Shown piece by piece: positions 42,242 through 53,300 of a stretch of DNA of 64,000 nt (its first letter is position 1; every line of letters starts with the position of its first letter). Source of the stretch: Rhynchopus sp. YZ270_cl-10. Taxonomy: Eukaryota. The position numbers and the translations under genes were made by a program. The notes beneath the pieces were generated by a model. The model was not told the DNA's origin and did not search any database. It saw nothing but the letters and a program-made list of their open reading frames with translations. The stretch is from contig OZ037841.1 of the NCBI GenBank assembly GCA_964035575.1, forward strand, positions 558,001-622,000. Direction: 5' to 3'.

Positions 42242-43827
42242 CTACACAGAGACGTTGCTGTGCTCGTTGGGTACATTCTGAGTAGGAGATTCAGGCTCTT
42301 TGGTCGTTTGTTTCCTTGACACACAGCACACCACGAGCACCACAGCCGCAATCGCAACAAGACCCACACCGACACTGATACCGACAATGGCACCCACAGC
42401 AAGCTCGTCGTCTGAATCAGATGGTGCTGCTGTGGAGGAAATACACGCGTACACAGTCCCCGTGCGGACCCTCGTGTACCCACCTAAGCAGGACAGCGGC
42501 ACACACTCACCCGCGTCTGTGGGGTATACCTGGCTCACACCAGGCACAGTCGGACACTGCAACGCATCTACAGAGGCAAGCCCTGCAGACAGCACATCCC
42601 CAAGGCCCAGGTCAGACGCCTGCACCTTCTCCGAGAGGCGTGCTGCCACGTCCATTGCAGCCACGTCAAGCAGCGGCATGTCCGACACAGACACAAACAC
42701 GTTCAGCGACCCGCACTCCTCACGCACGTCCGTCACAGTCCCACCCACAAGGTCTACTACAAGCTCACCGACACGTGCACCCTTCCCAGAGCTACCGTCG
42801 CACGCAACGTCGAACGTTGCGTGCACCACATCCGACACCCTCGTCTCGCTCACCACACAGATGTGTGCACGGCGTCCGCTGGCAGCGTCAAAGGGCTTCA
42901 CGAAGCCGTCCCCACACGTGCAGTGTCCGTTGTCCTTGCATGTTGCCGCAGTGTCGCCGTGCTGCTTGCACTGTGCATCAGAGGTGCACCATGTCATAGC
43001 TGCGCTGCTAGGCGCTTCAGTGGTTGGCACCGAGTTCGGCGCTTTCGAGGGAGTCGGCACTGAGGTTGGTTCTGCGGTCGTTACTGTCGTGTTCTGTGTC
43101 TGGGGTGATGGAGAGCAGCAGGCATAGAGTTGCATCCGTACGAGAACAGAACCTTCTTGTTTCCAGACACCGACTTCAAGCTTGCAATCATAACGACATG
43201 CGTCTGTGCGCGAAAGCTCTGTTTGGTGACGGTCTTGTGCTCACCACTGACACTCGACTCCGTATGCCCATCGACGCTTACGATGAAATCGCCATCAAAG
43301 TCGTTCAAGTAGTTCACCATAAACGTGCCGTCACAGTAGACAGTCCAGAACGTGTCGTCAATTTCATCGCGAAGGACGCTGTCCACGATGGCTCTTTTCG
43401 GAAGTTCAGATGGTGTTTCAGTCGGCACTGAGGTTGGTTCTGCGGTCGTTACTGTCGTGTTCTGTGTCTGGGGTGATGGAAGAGCAGCAGGCATAGAGTT
43501 GCAGCCGTACGAGAACAGAACCTTCTTGTTTCCAGACATCGACTTCAATCTTGCAATCATAACGACATGCGTCTGTGCGCGAAAGCTCTGTTTGGTGACG
43601 GTCCTGTGCTCACCACTGACACTCGACTCCGTATGCCCATCGACGCTGACGATGAAATCGCCATCAAAGTCGTTCAAGTAGTTCACCATAAACGTGCCGT
43701 CACAGTAGACAGTCCAAAACGTGTCGTCAATTTCATCGCGAAGGACGGTGTCTACGATGCCGCTGCTTTTGTCAAGGTTGTGCACACCAGCGTGCAGCGC
43801 CATGGCTGCCACAAGCACTAAATTCAT
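42242..43827 (-). CDS. Surface protein (signal peptide, tandem ~120-aa domain x2, Thr/Pro linker, EGF-like, TM), split by a 1-nt frameshift near 43110
   Basis: ORFs 43081-43884 and 42242-43135 overlap in different frames. Repeat copy 1 reads GATGGAAGAGCAG, copy 2 GATGGAGAGCAG. CTSDAQC...C...GHCTCGDGF and a C-terminal TM are present. Confidence 0.8.
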
Positions 43828-44715
43828 GGTGTGGAGAGTGTGGTGCAAAGGTGTATGATTTATCTGTGATGGGGTGGGGTACACGCAGGCAGTAACCAGA
43901 TCGGTGTTATCGGTTTTCTTGCTAAAATAAATTTAGACAGAGTTGTTGAGATAAAAGGGTGTAGGCAGAAGGGCGAGAAAAAACAAGGAGAACATAATCG
44001 TTTATTTAGCGTTAGGGGTGGTGGTGGTGGTGGTGGTGGTGGTGGGGAGGGTGTTAGAATGGAGGGGGGAAAGAAAAAGGTAGGGCAAGAAGGGTATTAG
44101 CCTCTCGTGTTTAGTCACCTCAAAGAAAAGGGGGTTATTTTGAGTGGTATACGAATGTGTTGTGTCACAGCCTCGAGAATGTATGCACACAATTTGGTGG
44201 CGAGAACGAAAAATTTTTTGGCGATCGTGGACAGAACCTTTTTTGCGTTGTCCTTTCTTTTGGCGGTCACCACATTGTTTTCAAAAAAAATACCCGCGAT
44301 TTAGGGTAAATCGCGCGATCGCCATCAAATTGTGTAAAAAAAATATTTTTTGTTTTGTTGTGGCTAGTGGGGGCGAGAAGAATGGGTAGAGGGGGGAACT
44401 GATATGCAAACAAAAGAGACGTTGAAAGTGACAACGCCTGACCGGACAAAAACAGGCCGGCGCAGGACAAACTGCTTCTCCAAAACGAGGGGTCATCGAA
44501 TGCCACCATCAGAGCCAACAAAAAAAAAAATCTGAGAGTGAAAGAGACAGAGAGAGAGATTATACTTTGCTCTCTGGGGGGGGGGGGGAAATACTCTCAA
44601 GAGCCGAGGCAGGCTTCGCGCTAACTTTTGGAAAAAAATCTGAAAAATCGTGCTCCGGGCCCAAAAAAACGTACCTCAAATAGGGTTACGTCTGGGGGTG
44701 AAAAAACAGTGTTTT

Positions 44716-45660
44716 GTGGCATTTCCGAGCCAATCCCGCGCTGTGGTGGGGCATATTCGGAAAAATGGACAAATTTTTAGTGACTTAAATTTTCACAAAA
44801 TATGAACCCATACTCCTAAACAACGGTCATTTTCAGTATGAAACCCCCAATTTAGATGGAATTGTGGTGTTTTTGACTGTGAAGGCAGGTAGCGCCGCAG
44901 GCGCACGGTACCCAACCTTTTTCTTTTCCCTTTTCTCTGCTTTCTTTTGATTGCGCGAGCCGATTGCTCTCCACGGTGGGGTCACATGTGTGTGCGAAAA
45001 CGCTCTAAAGTACCCGTACTCTGAACTATGAGATTCCTCTGGTTCTAGTAAAGAAACCCCGTCTCAAAAAGTGCGTAAATATCCTTTTTTCCGCCCAAGA
45101 GGTCGTTTTGTTGCATTTCCGAACCAATCCCGGCTTGTGGTGGGGGATATACGGAAAAATGGACAAAATTTCAGTGACTTAAATTTTCAGAAAATATGAA
45201 CCCATGCCGTAAGCAAGGGTCATTTTCAGTCTGAAATCCCAACTTGGCGTAAAATTGTGTTTTGACTGGAAACACCAATGTACTGAAGAAGCTATGGGGT
45301 TTCTGTAACCACAGAGGAGAGTGAGAACAAAAACCAGGACGGTTGTGGCCTCGGAGGGGGTGCCGCCCTCACACAGTGAGGGTGGAGACTGTTCAGCAGC
45401 GCATTGTCGTACTCAACAGAAAATGAACACTGTACATAAGTACATCATATTTAGAAATAAAGTAGGGTAGGGAACAGGTAGCGCCGCAGGCGCACGGTAC
45501 CCAACTTTTTTCTTTTTTTCTTTTCCCTTTTCTCTGCTTTCTTTTGATTGCGCGAGCCGATTGCTCTCCACGGTGGGGTCACATGTGTGTACAAAAACAC
45601 TCTAAAGTACCCTTACTGTGCAATATGAGATTCTCTGGTTTTCTTAAGGAAACCCCGGTT
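44716..45660 (+). repeat. Composite direct repeats (44716-44880 ~ 45110-45270; 44886-45062 ~ 45476-45658)
   Basis: Visible duplicated blocks. The first block also resembles 4015-4170 and 17548-17610. Confidence 0.8.
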
Positions 45661-46208
45661 TGCAAAAAAAAAACGTACCACAAAAATATCCAAAAATCCC
45701 GGGCCAAGGGCCAAAAATTAGCGCAAAGCCTGCAGCCGAGGGGGGGGTTTTTTTTTTTGCGGCGGCGAGAAGTGCTTAAGTTCTTGGGTAGGCTCTGTAC
45801 ACAATATTGGCGTTTTTGTTACATCGAGTTTTTTCCCCCAAAATTTTGTTGTCCGTCCCTTCCCCCTTTGGCCAGCAAAAACAAAAAAGAACAAAAGTAT
45901 TTCAACATATGCATTCAATATTGGAAGAACAAAAAAAAGGGGGCAGAAAATTAACGCCGACGTTGGAAAAAATAAATACCGTGATTGGCTTTTATACAGA
46001 CTACGTGTTGTCTTCTTTCACAGAAAAAAAATTAAAATTTAGCACAAAACTACCATCGCATAACACAAAGGACACACTGTTGTCACGATCTCTACAGCTA
46101 ATGTGTTGTGGTGGGGTTTTCGTGGGAGGTGCATGGAGGCTTCGCAGGTATTCGGCAAAAAAGAAAAAAACAAAACAAAAAATCGACGGACGAGAATGAT
46201 AAAGTTAA

Positions 46209-47580
46209 CCCTTTAGACCCCAAGCCATTTTTTGGACCCACTTTTGAGTTTTGGTTTTTGGGGCTCTCCAACCGGTAAAGGGACCCCAGATGCAAATTTT
46301 TGATCGTACCTGGCCGCAATTGAAAGATTTTGAACACGGCTTTCAATTCCATTTTTTTAAGTTTTTTTTCGAAAAAAAATGTTATCCCCAAAATGAGGTG
46401 AGCATAAAATTGACCTTTTGATTTTTTACTCTCTCTACCTGCCGAGACAACCCTAGTAAATTATTGCCGCCCAAAAACTGCTTTATTTGAAAGATTCGCC
46501 ACAAAATCTTTTCAAAGAAAAAAAAAATCGAGCAAAAAGTCCTAGTAGAACCCAACTTAGATGAGTGTAGCTCTGTTAGCAGCATGTCTAAAGATCGATT
46601 TCCCTAACGATTTACACTGAAACACCACTACACAACGTAAAAGTGCATTTTTTTCACGTTTTTGGGCATCTACAGGTCCGAAACACCCCCAGAATGGGTC
46701 AGAACGACCCTGTGTGCCGAAAATTCACAAAAAAAGCACCCTAAAATACGAAAAAATAGTGAAAACCCGGTTTATAGTGTGTTTTGGGTGGGAATAAGGC
46801 AAAGGATAGTCAGAAAAAACAGTGATTTTGGTGGTGGTTCTCACGGACTTCCAAAGTGCACTCAGATGCACAAAAGTTTTCGATTCTTGCTTCTTTTGAC
46901 AGATTTGACATCAAATCTTTCCAAAAATGTGAAAATCTTTTCCCGAAAATGAGTAGAACCCCACTTATCAACCCTACTCGCCTTACGACCTTAGCAACGT
47001 TAAAACCCATGATTTTGGTGGTAAAATCTCACCAAAATCCGAGGATATCATAGATGCAATAAAGTTTTCGCTTTTTGCGTATTTTGAAAGATGCGAACGA
47101 AATCTTTCCACACAAAAAAAGTGTTTTCACGAAAACGAGTAGAAAATTTTTGATCACATGGAGGCTCTGAAAAGTGACCTTTTTTCAGTACTTTTTCACG
47201 CTCCCCGGCATCCAAGGAAAACCCAGATGCATAAAAGTGTTCTTAGATGGCGTATTTTGAAAGATCGGTGAAAAATCTTTCAAAATATAAAAAAATGTTT
47301 TTCTGAAAATGAGTAGAACCCCAGTAATCGCCTAGTAGTATTAGGAGGGTTATTTCAGGGGGTGTTGGTCAAAAAACAGTATTTTCCGTGGCGGTCCCGC
47401 CTTCCCCCCAGCATCCAAATAAATACCCGATGCACAAAACTTTTCGATTCTTGCTTATTTTGAAAGATCAGGGCGAAATCTTTCAAAATATAAAAAATGT
47501 TTTTACGAAAATGAGTAGAACTTTTCCCATTGCTCGTCGGGATTTGCTTGGACATATATGTCCATCTGGGGTCTAAAGGG
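46209..47580 (-). mobile_element. Non-autonomous piggyBac element with intact ends
   Basis: TTAA on both sides (46205-46208, 47581-47584); perfect 14-bp TIR CCCTTTAGACCCCA. Right end inverted resembles the left end of the 15872 element, including GGACATATATGTCC. Confidence 0.93.
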
Positions 47581-48095
47581 TTAATAGTTAATAGTGGAAA
47601 AACGCTATGTATAGACACACCCCCACACGACAAACACAACAGCTGGACACTGGGTTGGTAATTGTTTCCCACGATCCAATTGGGCATCCAAAACAAAAAA
47701 AGAGAACAAACTGACAGATATGCCTTTGCTGTGTACACAACACACTGGGCTCGGCTAATGCACCGCTTTTTTGGAACTACCCACAACTTTCAACACAAAA
47801 AAATGGTTAATATTCAGGGAAATTCGTACCTGACTTTCAAAAACACACCACACAAAGGAAATGAGTAATGTAGTAAGGTATGTGCACTCCTCACGTCACC
47901 ACGATACGGTGACACCAACAACGCAAAAACACTTCTCATGGAATGCACTACAAACCACCCCCCCACACCTTTTGGGCAATATTCTGTACAAGAATCACCC
48001 CCATTATCAAACACACCCTCCCCATCCCTGCAATTTTCTGCAACACTACCTCTCTCTCCCTCTCTCTCCCCCCCACAACCGCTTTCCTTTCCCAC

Positions 48096-49589
48096 CTACC
48101 CCTGCAGGCAACAGACGTGATGCGCTGGATCGGTTTCATGCCAGGTACACAGTTTTAGGTCACGACAGAATGTTTCCTCCCATGTTGTGCTGGCGACTGC
48201 GTGGACAGGTTGGAACATATCATTTGCCTTAGAGCTGCAGGTTACAAAGGTCTCCTGCACCTCTGCCGTATTGGGGGACTCTCTGACCGGCGAGCACATC
48301 TCATCCGACACTTCGAAGCTCCACACCTCTATGTATGCTATCGTGAACCTCGCCTCGCTGCTGTGCGGTGTCCCCGCTGAGAGGGTGGAGTCCTCACGAC
48401 GTACTGTGTTGCCTTCTGTTGGCTTCGCGTTCGGTTCGACACTATCAAAATGAGACGCCGCAAGAACCGGAGAATTGAAGGTGGCGCTTGCTCCAGTGCG
48501 TCCCTGCTTTAGATCGCCTCCAATAATTAATGCAGGCAGTCCGTTCATATCCCCCCCAACCACAATCGAACCATCAGTCAAAGTTGAAAGAAAGCAGTGC
48601 AACCCGCCCGCCACCTCCATCCCATCTTCATCTTCAACAGGAACCCAACGAAACGGTTCAAGCTTTCCATTGATGAAGCGCCAGACATATGTTTCGCCTC
48701 CCCCTTGCGATAGCCCTGTCTTTTGAAAATCAGGCGACGTCGTAATGAAACACCCAAACACATCGTCGTCCGTTGTTTTGAGCACCACCATCTTCTCTCC
48801 TGAGACCGCAGCCAGCTTTCGCTTTAATGTAGACAACAAAAAACCGTGCTCATCCGCCGAAAAGACAAGACTCCATTTCATCCACTTCAAATGCGATGGC
48901 AGCGAATCAACCAACATATGCATTTGACATGGTGAGAGACACGTGAACGGGGTCACCTTCTTTGCAGGCGGAGGATCACGCAACTTCTGAGCCGACAGCA
49001 ACGGGGTTTGCGGAATCGGCATGATCAACTTTGTTTTATCCAACCAGCACCCACACCCTGGGGGCACCCACCCCGCCTCTCCACCTACCCCCGGAACCAA
49101 TCTATCCCCCGTATTAGCTGCTGTCACACGAACCGGGTGATGAGACCGCATCTCCTTTGGTGGGAGTGTCGATGAATTGCGTGGTATCTTCAATATCACA
49201 CCAGGGTAGTGAGGGTTCCTCGCCTGACTCTTCGACAGCGTAGAGGTGCGGACAGACCCAGCACTCAACAGACCTGTCTCGGAGTGGATGCTCAAATTCA
49301 ATACGTCGCTTCCGGTAAGGGATGCTGACAGCGTGCCTACGTCGGGTGTGCAGAGCTCCATTTCTGGGGGTGCGTCTTTTTGGTGTTCCATCCCAGAGCC
49401 GACAGGGGACATTAGCATGTTCTTAGGTGTCGTGACATTAGTGACCGGTACCCCCAAAGGGCTGGTCGGATCTGTCGTCTCCGGTTCCGCGTCGGTCACC
49501 CGAAGTGTGGTGGGAAGAGTGGAGGTTGGTGTTGCCTCTCTCTCCTCGTGTTCTGGGTCACCAAAGATGGCATCCCACAGACCGAGCAT
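48096..49589 (-). CDS. TLDc-domain protein (OXR1/NCOA7-like), 497 aa
   Basis: WSLVFSADEHGFLLSTL...VFGCF...GGGETYVW...GxTGxSATFNSPVL...IEVW are TLDc motifs. Confidence 0.92.
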   Translation of the reverse strand: MLGLWDAIFGDPEHEEREATPTSTLPTTLRVTDAEPETTDPTSPLGVPVTNVTTPKNMLMSPVGSGMEHQKDAPPEMELCTPDVGTLSASLTGSDVLNLSIHSETGLLSAGSVRTSTLSKSQARNPHYPGVILKIPRNSSTLPPKEMRSHHPVRVTAANTGDRLVPGVGGEAGWVPPGCGCWLDKTKLIMPIPQTPLLSAQKLRDPPPAKKVTPFTCLSPCQMHMLVDSLPSHLKWMKWSLVFSADEHGFLLSTLKRKLAAVSGEKMVVLKTTDDDVFGCFITTSPDFQKTGLSQGGGETYVWRFINGKLEPFRWVPVEDEDGMEVAGGLHCFLSTLTDGSIVVGGDMNGLPALIIGGDLKQGRTGASATFNSPVLAASHFDSVEPNAKPTEGNTVRREDSTLSAGTPHSSEARFTIAYIEVWSFEVSDEMCSPVRESPNTAEVQETFVTCSSKANDMFQPVHAVASTTWEETFCRDLKLCTWHETDPAHHVCCLQG

Positions 49590-50300
49590 GGCGCCCTGAA
49601 AATAATGGTGTGTACTGTTGTGTTAAAGTTGAAGGGGATAAAAAGGGATCGCGAATGGTGGGATCGGAAAAAAAAAACCATTTGGGGGGATGAATGGGGG
49701 GGGTTCTTTTCCAAAGGGGTATCGCCAATAAAAAGAAAAGTGGAAAGTGATGTTGAAAGCAGGATCAACCTTCACGGTGCCGAGGTGACTCATGGAGGCC
49801 CCCCGACTGAGATAATACAGTAAAATGAAGTTAACGTACAACCCGCCTCTGGGGAACACTGAGGGAAGAACAGTTTGGTATACAACAGTGTGCACACAAT
49901 ATCGTTTTATTGGACGACAGCGCGCAGAGTGTTAGCCCGCAAAAACAAATGAGGGTTATTGACGCATATACACGCCTCAGACTGACCCACAAACGATGCC
50001 AGCTCTGGATGAAACAAAATATGCGTGGACTGCACTCAAAGACAGGTCAAGAGGAGACTAACTTTGTTTGAAAACAAAAAAAAAAACTATTTGATGAACC
50101 GAAGCTTCACATTGGTCGGCCTACTCAGCTCACAATAGACCCTATAGGTGCGGGGCCACACTGTACACAAACACACAAAAAAAAATCTTGCCATTTTTTG
50201 TCTCCCTCACGTAATACCCGTACCCCTTTCCCAACCCATCCCAACCTCTACGTGGCGTGCACCTCAGTCAAGGTGGACACATGCCCCGTAGTTACCCCCT

Positions 50301-53300
50301 TTATTTCCAGCTGTACTGCTTGAGCAACTTGGCTGCGTCGTCACTGCCACCCAAAGACTTAAGGAACTCCTGCAGGCTTGCACCGCTGAGCTGCGTGGTG
50401 GTAATGTCTTGCGCGTTATTCAAGCCAAGGCCAAGTGTCGGCTGTGGGGTGTAGTGTGTGGATATGGTGCAAATCAAAGAAAAGTTCATAAGATGATCCT
50501 AAGCCTCTCTCGCTTAGCCACCTTGAAAAATGTATCAAAGTTGACTTGAAATACAGCCCTCTCGTGAACCGTGTACCTTGGTTGTCCGGTGCACCGTTGG
50601 GTGGACCCCCAACCGTGCAGTCCTACAATCCATTTTTGAGGTTCACATCTGAGATCCAAATCAGAGTAAACACTCTTGGAAGAGTACCCTCTTTTGGGAA
50701 GCATGATATGGGTCGGTGCCAAAACCCTTAGTAGGTCTAAGGTCTACGAATAAAACTTTTTTGGATGAATCGAACAAAAATATTAGTCTTTCATTTGCAA
50801 TAAAACCGACAATACGACAAGGTGCCGTGCTTGCACATCTTAAAGAACCTAAACCCCCCCTCTGCATAATATTAAATTAATAATACGAGTTATATTTAAT
50901 AATACGAATATTATTTAATAATACGAAAATGGGTGTTTATATTTAATAATATGAGAATGCCCAGCCAAAATGCTTTTTTTCTTCGCGAAATAAAAAATAC
51001 TCCCCGTCTTGGCTGGGGCTCCGTGCATGTTTTGTTCACAAACACAGGGGAAAAAGCAAATAAAAAATAAAAAATGCGCTATTTAATAATACGAATATGT
51101 GAATAATATGACTTATATTGAATAATATGAGTTATATTGAACAATACGCGCTATATTTAATAATACGAGATAATTAATAATAAGAGTAATTTAATATTAT
51201 GCAGAGGGGGGGGTTTACGCTTATTTTTTTACTTAAAAACGAGGGTATTGGGGATCAAAGGGGTGTACCTCGTAGTCTGGGTCGTACGACCGGACCCACA
51301 GCTGCTCGGCAGGACACATAGGGATGCTGAGAGGGCGGGAGGCGAACTCCCATGAGAACTCCTCGGACAGCTCCTTTGACGCGGCTATGAAGTCTGCCGA
51401 CATCAGTCCCTGCAGCTTCTTGATAGGGAACATATGAGCCTCGGTGCTGTGGGGTGGTTACGTCAAAAGGATGTGTGCACAAGAGGCACATTTAGTTTTA
51501 TAAGCTTGAGTTTAGAGGGAAAAAAAGAAAGCTTGTAAGATGAATGTGCCTCTCGTGCGCACTCATCTTACAAAATGACAAAATGCGGGATGACAATTCC
51601 GATTGAACACTCAATACGTGCATGTGGTGTACTCTCGTGTCAATACAACAACAAGCTCGAGCTTGGTACCATTTTTACTTTACCGATTTACCACAGTAAA
51701 GCCACGTGTCAGTATTACCCCGTCCCACCCTTTACAAAAAATGAAATGACAAACCTGAACACCCACTGCTCCTTCCCCCCGAGAAGCCAATGCCCGGGGC
51801 CACCCTCTGCACGTGACTCAGCGTCCTCGAGGATGATGTAGAGATACTTCAGCGTCTCGCTGAGGAAGAAGGACTGCATGGAGTCCGTCTGAATGCCTGT
51901 GTCGGGTGTGTCACGTTCATCTGCACCGGCACCTTGCAGCACGGCACGGAGCACGTCTGCACGCGGCCGCCTCGGCACCGCCTTGAGCCCTTCCAACGAC
52001 GCATAGCCACATTCAGTCTTGCACTGCTCCTCCAGCGCCTTGATCAGCTTCCGTATCGGAATAAGCCACGAATCGTCACCGGTCGCATGCATAAAGTACA
52101 TTACACTCTCAATCAACTCAGGCCGCAGCAAATACGACTTATCCGTAGCACTGCTGACACTCGAAAACCCCTTCGCATCGTTGTAGAAGAACCCCTCAGG
52201 CAGGAAGCCCACCCGGTCCACGATGTGGAAGAAGGCGTTCAAGGTGCGCGAGGCATGCTCGAAGTCTCCTGTTGTGTTCGTGTGTTTTGGAAATCAGTGG
52301 TTTTTGATAATCTGTTTACAGTCGCGGTAACTAAGGTGGTGCCTTAGCTTTTCAAAACCCGAAGACCCACCTTAGTCTGACCCATCTATGTTTATACCAC
52401 AACTAGTATCTGCCATTCAGACTGTCTTCACAATTATTTATGTGGCAATTCTGGAATAAACTAAGAAAACGATGTTATTTTTTAAGAATTCATCACAAAT
52501 GATTAAGGAGCAGAAGGCGAGGGGGTGTTTGACCTGATGGTAAACCTCAATTCCACCAATATTTCAAAAAAAACCCAAAAAGTGGATGATATTCATGAAA
52601 AAAACGGAATAGGGGGTGTACCTGTAAGAACTTGGAGTCCCGGCCAGAAAGCTGCTAGCCCTTCAATCTCTTGGCGCTGGATGAGCCCAGAGCCCATGTG
52701 CACATCTGCGTAGAAGTCGCCGTCAGCTACGTAGGCCATTACGGCCTCGTACACCTCGTCGTATGCTTGCCAGTTGGCGTCGAGGGTAGGGTTCAGGATG
52801 TGGTTCTTCAGCAGGTACTCGTAGAAGGAGTCTGAGTTGGTGCCGATGCCTGACCCGTACTCGGTCCACTCTTGGGTTAAGAAGTTCAAGTGCTTGCCTG
52901 TGGGGAGGGGAAGTGGAAGTGGAAGGGGTTGAAAAGGCGTCGCGTTTTGTGACTGCTAGAAAGAAGATAAAGAAAAAGGAAAGGCTTATAAAGATGAACC
53001 TAAGCCTCTCGTGCTTAGTCACTTTGACCTTAATCATTATAGCTTCAGTTGACTGTGTCTAGGATTGTATGAGTGTTGTTGGGGATGATGTCAAGGACCC
53101 GACACAACATTGGTTGCATGGTAATTTGAATGTTTTTTTTTTGGGAAAACCTTTATTCGGCTCACAAAAAGTAATTTTTCCATCATTCGGCTCACAAAAT
53201 AAAATTTTTCCATCATTCTATCAAAGTCACTATAATTTTTCCTTCATTCGGCTCACAAAAGTTAATTTTTCCACCATTCTATCAATATTTTGCCAATTTT

